A DNA stretch of 64,000 nt, from the IMG/VR virus record IMGVR_UViG_3300019776_000324, positions 280,245-344,244 of that record. One strand, written 5' to 3'. Positions 18,248-27,065 of the stretch are shown here, piece after piece. The position numbers and the translations under genes are program-made. The stretch's first letter is position 1. Each line of letters begins with the position of its first letter. The notes beneath the pieces are model-generated. The model had not been told where the DNA came from, did no database searches, and saw nothing but the letters and a program-made list of their open reading frames with translations.

Positions 18248-19445
18248 GTTATTCTACATGGGCTTAGAGAGTTATGAGGCTCGCTATACCTTACAACTAA
18301 CTGAATGGAATCGGCGTGTGTTTGATCGTCGCGGACTAGATGTGGTATATGTTCCAGGCCAAACCATTGACGACACTCAGGCTATCTGTGTAGGACAAGT
18401 ATTAGATGCACATGGTCGTAGTTACTTTGGTATGAGTCAGATGATGAATCTGGTTCAAATGATGCGTAACGGAGAAGTTACCAGTGAAGATGTTATCTAC
18501 TTCGAAGACATGTTCCAGCCTGGCATTGAAAGTTTGCCATACATCATGGATCAAGTTCCAGTAACACATCGTCCGCGTGTGTATGTACGCTGTCTAGCAC
18601 AAGCTATTGACCCAGATGACTTTGTTCATGTATGGGGCATGCAAAAGTGGATGGACTTGTACGAAAAGATGGTCAATGAGTTTGTTACAGGCGTACTAGC
18701 TACTAACGAAGAGATGGTAGCTCATATGCGTATTGCAGGCTGGTCGGCTCCAATTTACAATATTAGTGGACTAGCATTTGGCAAAGAAGAAGTTCTAGAG
18801 CGTATAGGTGGCTCGCAAAATATTAAACCGTTTGACCAACGCAAGATGCGTGTGGGCTTTGCCGCTAGGTTTGACCAAGAGAAGCAACCAGACTTCTTTA
18901 TGGACTTGATTGATATGTATCACGATCAGGGCAAACACAAGGATGTAGAGTTTGCTATATTCCAAGGTGGCCCGTTGCGTAGTAACAATCAAAAGTATAT
19001 CGATCGTGCTCGTCAGTTAGAGCGTGAAGGTAAACTTAAAATTTATGAGAACCTAAAGAAAAATGATTATTATAATCTCCTTAATGATACTCGTGTGCTT
19101 TTCAATTGCGCTTTACAAGACTGGGTATCAAACACAGTATCCGAAGCAGATACACTTGGATCGAATGTTCTATTTCCTGCTTATCGTTCTTTTCCTGAAA
19201 CTTTCGCAGATGATCCTAACAGGCTTTACATTCCTTGGTCAATAGATGATGCTTATCACAAGTTAGAAAACTTGCTAGGTGAACTACATCATAACACAGG
19301 ACTTATTAGTGACTGGACCGATGGTACTGTGGATCGTGTTGTAGACATTTTAGAAGGCAAAGGCGAACAATGGAATCGTGCAGGTAATCGCTATCGTGAT
19401 CATGTAAGCCAAGCCAAGTATCATGTAAGAAAGATCGAAGGATGA
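18240..19445 (+). CDS. GT-B glycosyltransferase (GT4-like), GTG start
   Basis: FAARFDQEKQP and SNTVSEA..LG..VLFP..SFPE donor-binding motif. Confidence 0.75.
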   Translation: MRKLFYMGLESYEARYTLQLTEWNRRVFDRRGLDVVYVPGQTIDDTQAICVGQVLDAHGRSYFGMSQMMNLVQMMRNGEVTSEDVIYFEDMFQPGIESLPYIMDQVPVTHRPRVYVRCLAQAIDPDDFVHVWGMQKWMDLYEKMVNEFVTGVLATNEEMVAHMRIAGWSAPIYNISGLAFGKEEVLERIGGSQNIKPFDQRKMRVGFAARFDQEKQPDFFMDLIDMYHDQGKHKDVEFAIFQGGPLRSNNQKYIDRARQLEREGKLKIYENLKKNDYYNLLNDTRVLFNCALQDWVSNTVSEADTLGSNVLFPAYRSFPETFADDPNRLYIPWSIDDAYHKLENLLGELHHNTGLISDWTDGTVDRVVDILEGKGEQWNRAGNRYRDHVSQAKYHVRKIEG

Positions 19446-20392
19446 GAGTAATAGTAACTGGTGGTGCCGGCTATATTGGCGGCACAACTGTTCTTAAATT
19501 GCTTGATGCTGGACACAGTGTTTTGGCAATTGATCGTCAAATGCCTCCAAAACATTTAGTTGACTGTGGTGCTAAATGGCATACTGGTGACTTTTCTAGT
19601 GAAATTGGATTAGACTGTATAAGATTGTTTGCACCAGATGCTATTATACATTGTGCTGGTACTAGTTTAGTTGGACCCAGTATGACAAATCCTGGCGAGT
19701 ACTACGACAATAATTTTGTTAAGACTTTAAGTATGGTTAACTATTTGGTTAACAACAAGATGACTAACATTAGAGTTATTTTCAGTAGTAGTGCTGCAAC
19801 TTATGGCAATCCAGTAATGACGCCTATACAAGAAGTTGATCCAACTGAACCAATCAGTCCATATGGTCAGAGCAAGCTCATGATTGACTGGATGTTGAGT
19901 AGCTATCGCAATGCTTACGGTCTGGACTTTGTAAGTTTTAGATACTTTAATGCTTGTGGTGCAGAGAGTCAAGCTAGAAATGGACAACTTCCTGGTGCCA
20001 CGCATATTATTGCTAGAGTATTAGAAGCCATGCGAGATAAAAAACCATTTACTCTTAATGGCACAGACTATCCTACCAAAGACGGTACCTGTGTTCGAGA
20101 CTACATTCATGTTGAAGATTTAGCATTGGCACATATTTTAGCAATTGATAAATCTATTCCTAGTGACATTTATAATCTTGGCACTTCTGAGGGAACAAGC
20201 AATGCCGAAATTATTGACACAGCTAGAATTGTCACAGGACAGAAAATAGAAGTTGTAGTTGGACCGCAACGCCCAGGTGATCCTGCTATCCTTACTGCTG
20301 ATGCTGGCAAGTTTATCAAGGTCAGCAATTGGCAACCACAATTCAAGTTAAATGATATTATTCAACATGCATGGGCTTGGTATAATAGATGA
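19442..20392 (+). CDS. galE: UDP-glucose 4-epimerase
   Basis: TGGAGYIG; FSSSAATYG; YGQSK; RYFNACG; VRDYIHVEDLA. Confidence 0.88.
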   Translation: MRVIVTGGAGYIGGTTVLKLLDAGHSVLAIDRQMPPKHLVDCGAKWHTGDFSSEIGLDCIRLFAPDAIIHCAGTSLVGPSMTNPGEYYDNNFVKTLSMVNYLVNNKMTNIRVIFSSSAATYGNPVMTPIQEVDPTEPISPYGQSKLMIDWMLSSYRNAYGLDFVSFRYFNACGAESQARNGQLPGATHIIARVLEAMRDKKPFTLNGTDYPTKDGTCVRDYIHVEDLALAHILAIDKSIPSDIYNLGTSEGTSNAEIIDTARIVTGQKIEVVVGPQRPGDPAILTADAGKFIKVSNWQPQFKLNDIIQHAWAWYNR

Positions 20393-20979
20393 GCTTTCAA
20401 GCCTTATTTGATTTTGAATCTACTCTAGCTGAATATACCGGTGCACCATATGTTGTATTAACAGATGGTTGCACCCATGCTCTTGAACTTTGTTTTAGAC
20501 ACGACAATATCAAACAAACAGCGTTTACTCCATATACCTATCTGAGTGTTCCTATGCTTATGCATCACTTGGGAATCAAATACGATTATCACACTCAAGA
20601 ACATAGACAACAATGGGTCGGGGAATACAAGTTTGAAGGTACTCGTATTTGGGACAGTGCCCGCAGACTTGAGCGCAATATGTATCGCCCAGGACAGTTT
20701 CAATGTTTAAGTTTTGGTTGGTCTAAACCTTTGCAACTAGGCAAGGTTGGTGCTATACTGTTAGACGATGAGCTAGCATACAAAAAGTTCAGTCGACAAC
20801 GAGCAGACGGTCGCGATCTACATGTTGCTTGGGAAACTGAAACAGACCTAATACTAGGTTATCATTACTGCCCAACATTAGAATTGTGTGCTAAGGGATT
20901 AGAATTGTTACCAACTGTAGAACCAAAATCACAACCTGGAGTTTATCCTGATTGCAGAAATATTTCATTTGCCTCTTGA
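20389..20979 (+). CDS. Short DegT/DnrJ/EryC1/StrS-like PLP aminotransferase
   Basis: LTDGCTHAL, WDSA, SFGWSKPL..G..GAI; only 196 aa. Confidence 0.65.
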   Translation: MSFQALFDFESTLAEYTGAPYVVLTDGCTHALELCFRHDNIKQTAFTPYTYLSVPMLMHHLGIKYDYHTQEHRQQWVGEYKFEGTRIWDSARRLERNMYRPGQFQCLSFGWSKPLQLGKVGAILLDDELAYKKFSRQRADGRDLHVAWETETDLILGYHYCPTLELCAKGLELLPTVEPKSQPGVYPDCRNISFAS

Positions 20980-21004
20980 TAAAACTCTAAATAACTGTTA
21001 CAAT
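20976..21004 (+). promoter_or_regulatory. sigma70-like promoter with an embedded CTAAATA
   Basis: TTGATA-17-TACAAT upstream of folE. Confidence 0.5.
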
Positions 21005-21049
21005 AGAAGTAAGACTGGTCATCCACGACTATAACTCGGAGAAAAAGAA

Positions 21050-21847
21050 TTGACAACATTTACATCAGAAGATCGAAACAACGCTACTAAACTAGTAGAT
21101 GAAGCACCGTTCCATCCTGGATACGAAGATGCCGCAGTAAATCCTAACGAAAGCGGTCGTCCACTTAGCGTGGTAATTCGCGAACAAATGAAGCTTAGAG
21201 GCAAACGCTTTTGGGCAGGTGATAATGTATCTGAATACATTACACAAGAATCAGACAAAGAAATGCTTATCAACGAAGCTACACAGGCTTTTGAAAAGGT
21301 ATTAGACACCTTGTTGATTGATCGTGAAAATGATCCTAACAGTAAGGGCACAGCTCGTCGTTTGGCTAAGATGTATTATAATGAAATTATGGCAGGTAGA
21401 TATGAGAAGGCACCAGATGCTACTGCTTTTCCAAATGATAGTGAGGATAGATATGAAGGTATGTTGGTTGTACGCAGTGAATTGCGTTCTATGTGTAGTC
21501 ATCATCATCAGCCAGTTAGCGGGGTGGCCTATATTGGCATCATCGCAGCAAACAAACTCATTGGTCTTAGCAAGTATACTCGCATTGCTCAATGGTGTGC
21601 TCGCCGTGGCACTTTACAAGAAGAGTTATGTAACGACATCGCAAGAGAAATAATGAAGGCTACAGATTCACAGAATGTTGGCGTGTATATTCAAGCAACA
21701 CATGGTTGCTGTGAGAATCGCGGCATTATGGCACACAGTAGTTTAACACAAACTACAGTACTTAAAGGTGTGTTCAACACAGATCCAGCAACTAAGAAAG
21801 AGTTTATGGACAATATTAAATTACAACAGGAGTTTGCCCCAAGATGA
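21050..21847 (+). CDS. folE: GTP cyclohydrolase I (TTG start)
   Basis: SMCSHH, GLSK..R, LQE, HGC..RG motifs. Confidence 0.95.
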   Translation: MTTFTSEDRNNATKLVDEAPFHPGYEDAAVNPNESGRPLSVVIREQMKLRGKRFWAGDNVSEYITQESDKEMLINEATQAFEKVLDTLLIDRENDPNSKGTARRLAKMYYNEIMAGRYEKAPDATAFPNDSEDRYEGMLVVRSELRSMCSHHHQPVSGVAYIGIIAANKLIGLSKYTRIAQWCARRGTLQEELCNDIAREIMKATDSQNVGVYIQATHGCCENRGIMAHSSLTQTTVLKGVFNTDPATKKEFMDNIKLQQEFAPR

Positions 21848-22173
21848 GAACATGGTTAAGACAACGATTAATTAACTTATTAGTAAACGACGATAATAGC
21901 GGTAATAAAGTATCTCGTTCGACGCCCTCTGTAGGAAGCATAAGTGTTAGGTTAGCTCGAGAACAAGATATTTGCGTTAGTGACGGCAATATCGATCTTC
22001 CAGATCCTATCAACTTCCGTGTGCAGACAGTGTCGGGTGGCACAGTGGTCGAATCACGCTGGTATGATCACAAGAAGGATGAACATCGCACTAAGCTACA
22101 CATCATTACTCCAGATGAAAGTTTATCCGAGTCTATCGGTAAAATTGTAACTATGGAATTGTTACAACGATGA
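21844..22173 (+). CDS. Hypothetical protein
   Basis: Coupled ORF. Confidence 0.55.
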   Translation: MRTWLRQRLINLLVNDDNSGNKVSRSTPSVGSISVRLAREQDICVSDGNIDLPDPINFRVQTVSGGTVVESRWYDHKKDEHRTKLHIITPDESLSESIGKIVTMELLQR

Positions 22174-22535
22174 TCAAGACCATCAGCACCGGACATTCAC
22201 AGTGGCTTAATATAAATTCGCCACCACCACCGTCAGTTTATGGCAATATGACAAATGGTGTAGATGGTCAAATAAGATTTAATGCTTCCACACAACAGTA
22301 TGAAGTATTTGCCAGTGGTGTGTGGAACCCTACAGGAGCATTTGCTACAGTGGATCCAAGTCAAAGAATGATTCAAATATTAGAGTGGGCAGAAAGTAAA
22401 ATGCACATGGAACGAGAGGTTATGGAATTGCTTGCAAAGAATCCCACTGTAGCTGACTCGTACAACAACTATAAACAAGCTGAAGCCCAGCTTAAAATGG
22501 TAATGACCCTGGTGAAAAAAGATTCTGTAGCATAA
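22170..22535 (+). CDS. Hypothetical protein
   Basis: Coupled ORF; GQIRFN..Q.YEV motif. Confidence 0.55.
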   Translation: MIKTISTGHSQWLNINSPPPPSVYGNMTNGVDGQIRFNASTQQYEVFASGVWNPTGAFATVDPSQRMIQILEWAESKMHMEREVMELLAKNPTVADSYNNYKQAEAQLKMVMTLVKKDSVA

Positions 22536-22554
22536 AAACAACACTTTTTACCGT

Positions 22555-22584
22555 TTGACCTAAAAATCCGTTTCGCTGTATAAT
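22555..22584 (+). promoter_or_regulatory. sigma70 promoter
   Basis: TTGACC-18-TATAAT. Confidence 0.5.
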
Positions 22585-22615
22585 ACTAGTATTGTTAATT
22601 AATCTAGGTTATACG

Positions 22616-25030
22616 ATGAAGCGGATTTTGCTTTTAGCAACAGTAGTTCTACAACTAGCGGCCTGTGCTGGTGGAGGTGGTGGAGGTGGCGCAAATAATC
22701 CTGGCGGTAGTGCTCCACCAACCCCAAGCAGTGGGCCAACTTATCTTCGATCAGAAGTACCCTTTTCAACTCCGACCAAGGTAGCTACAGTTGATCCATT
22801 GGTAGCTATTACAACTTCAGCCGCAGTGGTTGATACCTTTACTGCAAATATTTCTGGGTCAGGCGAAGATGTTATTATTGCCGGCCGTCAAACTCAACCA
22901 ACTAGTATTGCCAATTGGAGCAATAGTAAAATTAGTATGCTAAGTTGGTCAAATGGTACATTGGTTGATCGAACAGCGCAATGGTTCACAGGAGACTCTA
23001 ATGTAATACTAGGAGCAGATCCTAATATTAAATTTGCTGACTTCTTTAAGAGCGGGCGCACTGATATGTTTGTGGCACCTAGTACCGATGCACAAAATTA
23101 TGGTCCAGCATACCTTTATCAAAATACAGGAACTACATTCAATCGCATTACAATTCCGTTGTCCAATGTATGGGGACACGATACTGCTGTAGCTGATTTA
23201 AATGGCGATGGATATAAGGATTTTGTAATTACCGACTATGGTCCTAATATGACTGTCGGTATCAATAACCGAGTTAACGGTTTTAAAACTTATACCTCTG
23301 CGTTTGGGCCTGGGCCTAGTGCCGCATCAGTTGCAGTTGCAGATTTTATGGGCAACGGAACTACCACTATGGTATTAACTGATACCGACACTAATATTGC
23401 TAACAGCACAAAATTATACAAGTGGGCTATTGACGGCGCAGATCAATTAAAGTTTGACATGGTCAGTGTATTGCCTGCTCCTAGGCCTGGTATTAATCAT
23501 AATATTAGAAGTTTGGTGTATGACTTTGATTCAAGTGGCGCCAACAGCTTGTTAATCTTTGGAACCAACACCGCAACAAAATATTCTGACATACAATTTT
23601 TAAAAAATAACGGAAGCGGAGCATTTACAGATGTTACAGATACTACTCTAGTAGGGTATAATCACAACACATACAGTAGCTACAATCCAAAAATTGTTGA
23701 TGTCAATGGAGATGGATTAACTGACATTTTAGTTAGTGGACAGGACTTTTCTGGTAATAACAACAGCACTCAAGTCTTGTTGCGTAGTCGAGATAACAAA
23801 TATGTGGCGGCCTATCAAAATTTATTAACTGATTTTGCCACACAATCAAATCAAATACAAGGAACAGACAATTCCTCCAACACCGTAAATGTTGTAAAGG
23901 GGCCTAACGGAAAAATGTATCTGGTTACTGCTACTAGTTTTATGAATGGTGCAGACCGTCAACTAGCAGTATATCTTAGTAATATCAGTGACTCAACTAG
24001 TGTAGTGACTCCAAAGTTGGCCTTGGACTTGATTAAATCCAAATGGCCATACATGACTGATATTCAAGCCAACACTGCACTGGCCATGACTTCGTCTACA
24101 TACATGACTAATGCAGGCACTGGGCTAGTAATCAATCCAGATTCATTGCTACAACCAATTGGGTCGTTGTCCTTGATGACACAAAATGGATTAACACCGA
24201 TCAAAGGATATATTGCAGGTGCAGACATTGGTGACGGTAATACACTAGTGCTAGATAGCATAGGGCGTGGGTTTACTACTAGTCTTAAAGCAATGAATGT
24301 ATCTGGATTAAACAGTTTTGGTTATAACACCGAGCATGTTGACCAACACAACTTAACTAGTCATGCAGAATATCTAGTCAACGGTAGTCCAATGACCTAT
24401 GGTAACATGCGTATTGCTACTGAAAATCGTAATGCCTTGTTTGGTAACGATCAAGGTCCGGGTATGTTGCAGAAACCCACACAATATTCCATAGGTATTC
24501 CCGAAGCATACAGAAATGGTAAGTTTAGTTATGGTATGCAGTACACCAACTTGAACACCAATCCGTGGATAGCATTTGGTGGAGCATGGGGTAGCATTAC
24601 TAATTCTGGTATTATGGATAATGTGGCCACTTACAAAGATGGTGGATTTAGTGCCCAGGCCAGCATGATGCATGTTACCACTAATGTTACTCCTGGATTG
24701 ATTACTAAAGTTAATAATATAGTTGGTGGCTGGGCCGAAAGTGGTTATCGTTATACTGAAGATCAGTTTGGTGATATTGGAGTTTATGCTGGTGTTAAGC
24801 CCGTGGTACTGTCAGGCAATGTTGAAGCAAGAATGCCAACTAGTGTTGACAGCGCAGGCAATATAGTGTACACTAACAAGAAATTAGCGATACAAAATCA
24901 AGTCACCCCTTATGTTAGAGCACTATATACTAACATGATCGATAAGAAGACCATGTATCGTTTTAGTGTAATGGGTACACAGCAAGGTCAATATCGACTC
25001 ATGCACGAACTTAGATTTTGGATAGATTAA
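22616..25030 (+). CDS. Lipoprotein with FG-GAP-like repeats and a C-terminal beta-barrel-like region
   Basis: MKR-hydrophobic-LAAC lipobox; DLNGDGYKD and DVNGDGLTD; amphipathic beta-strand C-terminus ending LRFWID. Confidence 0.65.
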   Translation: MKRILLLATVVLQLAACAGGGGGGGANNPGGSAPPTPSSGPTYLRSEVPFSTPTKVATVDPLVAITTSAAVVDTFTANISGSGEDVIIAGRQTQPTSIANWSNSKISMLSWSNGTLVDRTAQWFTGDSNVILGADPNIKFADFFKSGRTDMFVAPSTDAQNYGPAYLYQNTGTTFNRITIPLSNVWGHDTAVADLNGDGYKDFVITDYGPNMTVGINNRVNGFKTYTSAFGPGPSAASVAVADFMGNGTTTMVLTDTDTNIANSTKLYKWAIDGADQLKFDMVSVLPAPRPGINHNIRSLVYDFDSSGANSLLIFGTNTATKYSDIQFLKNNGSGAFTDVTDTTLVGYNHNTYSSYNPKIVDVNGDGLTDILVSGQDFSGNNNSTQVLLRSRDNKYVAAYQNLLTDFATQSNQIQGTDNSSNTVNVVKGPNGKMYLVTATSFMNGADRQLAVYLSNISDSTSVVTPKLALDLIKSKWPYMTDIQANTALAMTSSTYMTNAGTGLVINPDSLLQPIGSLSLMTQNGLTPIKGYIAGADIGDGNTLVLDSIGRGFTTSLKAMNVSGLNSFGYNTEHVDQHNLTSHAEYLVNGSPMTYGNMRIATENRNALFGNDQGPGMLQKPTQYSIGIPEAYRNGKFSYGMQYTNLNTNPWIAFGGAWGSITNSGIMDNVATYKDGGFSAQASMMHVTTNVTPGLITKVNNIVGGWAESGYRYTEDQFGDIGVYAGVKPVVLSGNVEARMPTSVDSAGNIVYTNKKLAIQNQVTPYVRALYTNMIDKKTMYRFSVMGTQQGQYRLMHELRFWID

Positions 25031-25031
25031 A

Positions 25032-25214
25032 ATGTTAGCACTTACCGCACTGATGTGTGCCTTGTTAGGATACCAGGTAACTATGCCTGCTGTAGACAAT
25101 GCCAAGTACACCTTTACTGTTCACAAAGAACAAATTGTTCGCATGAATACTCAAAATGGTTCATTTGAAGTGTGCGATGAGCATCTGAAGTGTACACCAG
25201 TTGAGAATAAATAG
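25032..25214 (+). CDS. Small secreted/membrane hypothetical protein
   Basis: Hydrophobic N-terminus. Confidence 0.5.
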   Translation: MLALTALMCALLGYQVTMPAVDNAKYTFTVHKEQIVRMNTQNGSFEVCDEHLKCTPVENK

Positions 25215-25218
25215 TAGT

Positions 25219-25290
25219 CCAGCGGCCTTTCGGCGTCATCCCGCTTTACAAATTCTGCCGCCTATGCTATAATCTAACATAGGAGAATAA
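25219..25290 (+). promoter_or_regulatory. Candidate riboswitch-like leader (pseudoknot competing with an SD-sequestering hairpin)
   Basis: AGCGG/CCGCU stem; loop GGCG pairs with CGCC; CCUAUG/CAUAGG hides the SD; follows ATAAATA. Confidence 0.45.
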
Positions 25291-25292
25291 TC

Positions 25293-25430
25293 ATGGCAAA
25301 ACAAATTTATGTATTTCATATCTTACACGAAGGTAAGAATCGTATCGAATTCCTTAGAGCCGAAACCGAAGACCAAGCTCGTGCTCAATTACCAGACGGT
25401 TGTACAGTAAACAAGGTTGAGGTGAAATAA
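25293..25430 (+). CDS. Hypothetical 45-aa protein
   Basis: SD AGGAG; MAKQIYVF...KVEVK*. Confidence 0.55.
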   Translation: MAKQIYVFHILHEGKNRIEFLRAETEDQARAQLPDGCTVNKVEVK

Positions 25431-25937
25431 ATGAACTACACCGGATCAAGACCTTACAAATATACAAGTACTAAAGAATATCACGATGCATTTCCTTGCG
25501 CTTATCGTCAATGGAGAGCAGATAGTCACTGCAACTTGATTCATGGCTACTCATTTAGCATGAAGTTTTACTTTGGCACAGACGACTTAGATGTGCGTAA
25601 CTGGGCTGCTGACTACGGCGGACTCAAAGAACTCAAAGGTATCCTTGAAAGTCAATTTGATCATACCTTACTAGTAGCAGAAGATGATCCTGAACTAGAA
25701 ACATACAAGTTATTACAAGAAAAGAATCTTGCTAAACTAACTATACTACCTAAGCTAGGTTGCGAAGGTCTAGCAGATCAATTGTACAAGTTTGTAAATG
25801 GTGTTTATATTCCAGACATGTGGGGTCAATCAGAAGCAGATCGCTTGTGGTGCTATCGTGTGGAAGTTCGCGAAACAATGTCTAACATGGCATATCGCGA
25901 AGGACATCGTGAATGGAATGAAGATCTCTTCGAATAA
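25431..25937 (+). CDS. queD: 6-carboxytetrahydropterin synthase
   Basis: HCNLIHGYS, DYGGLK, FDHTLL motifs. Confidence 0.85.
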   Translation: MNYTGSRPYKYTSTKEYHDAFPCAYRQWRADSHCNLIHGYSFSMKFYFGTDDLDVRNWAADYGGLKELKGILESQFDHTLLVAEDDPELETYKLLQEKNLAKLTILPKLGCEGLADQLYKFVNGVYIPDMWGQSEADRLWCYRVEVRETMSNMAYREGHREWNEDLFE

Positions 25938-26199
25938 AGTTAACGAAATCCTTGACATACTTCAGGAGGAGTGTGGAGAGGTTATTGTTGCTATCAGCAA
26001 GTGTCGTCGCTTTGGTATGGATAACTCCTACAAAGACGGCGGCACACAACGCGAACATTTAATCCAAGAACTTGGCGATGTTACCTTGTTGATCGAATTA
26101 CTTCACGCACATCAAGTTTTTACTGAACAAGAATTACATCAAGCACAAGTAAGAAAAAGTCAAAAGTTAGTCAAGTGGTCAAAAATCTATGAAGAATAG
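25918..26199 (+). CDS. MazG-like NTP pyrophosphohydrolase
   Basis: LQEECGEV..K..RFG..ELGDV. Confidence 0.75.
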   Translation: MKISSNKVNEILDILQEECGEVIVAISKCRRFGMDNSYKDGGTQREHLIQELGDVTLLIELLHAHQVFTEQELHQAQVRKSQKLVKWSKIYEE

Positions 26200-26243
26200 A
26201 AATTTATTTTGACTAATAATATACGCATATAAATATTCGCACT

Positions 26244-27062
26244 ATGTCAAATGAATACAAAATATCTATTTTATTGCCCACACGAGGGCGCACAAAAGCA
26301 CTGGATCGAAGCCTAATAGGTTTATTAGAAAAAGCCTCGGACCTCAGCAGTATCCAGTTACTGTTAGGATTGGATTCCGACGACTCTATAGGAGTTGAAC
26401 ATTTTCAAAATGAACTACAACCTAAATTAGATGACATGGGCATTGATTACACTGCCATGTTGTTTAGTCCAATGGGTTATGGTCGCCTGAATGAATACAT
26501 TAACAAACTAGCTGAAAATTCTTCTGCTGATTGGTTATTCTTTTGGAATGACGATGCAATCATGGAAACCACGGATTGGGATCTAGAGATTACCAAGCAC
26601 ACTGGCGAATTTAAATTATTAGCTGTACATACTCACAATGATCATCCATACAGCATTTTCCCAATCGTACCTAAAGAGTGGTTGGATGTCATTGGTCATT
26701 TAAGTTTACACTCAATGACTGATGCTTGGTTGAGCCAAATTGCATACTGTGTGGATATTTGGGAACGAATTGATATTGATGTATTACACGACCGTGCAGA
26801 CTTAACTGGCAACAATCAAGATGCTACCTACAAACAAAGAGAACTGCTCGAAGGCAATCCTAATAATCCTAGAGACTTCCATCACCCTGCACAGACCATG
26901 TTGCGTATGAAAGAATGCGATATACTAGACAACTATCTTAAAAGCATCGGAAAAGGTAGCGATTGGTGGGATCGTGTTAAATCAGGAGATCAAGATCCTT
27001 GGGACCGATTGAAAGAAAACGACATTAATAAACAAATGGTTCAGTTCCAATTAAAAAAATAA
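26244..27062 (+). CDS. Glycosyltransferase family 2 (GT-A)
   Basis: ISILLPTRGR, DSDD, FFWNDD. Confidence 0.8.
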   Translation: MSNEYKISILLPTRGRTKALDRSLIGLLEKASDLSSIQLLLGLDSDDSIGVEHFQNELQPKLDDMGIDYTAMLFSPMGYGRLNEYINKLAENSSADWLFFWNDDAIMETTDWDLEITKHTGEFKLLAVHTHNDHPYSIFPIVPKEWLDVIGHLSLHSMTDAWLSQIAYCVDIWERIDIDVLHDRADLTGNNQDATYKQRELLEGNPNNPRDFHHPAQTMLRMKECDILDNYLKSIGKGSDWWDRVKSGDQDPWDRLKENDINKQMVQFQLKK

Positions 27063-27065
27063 CTT

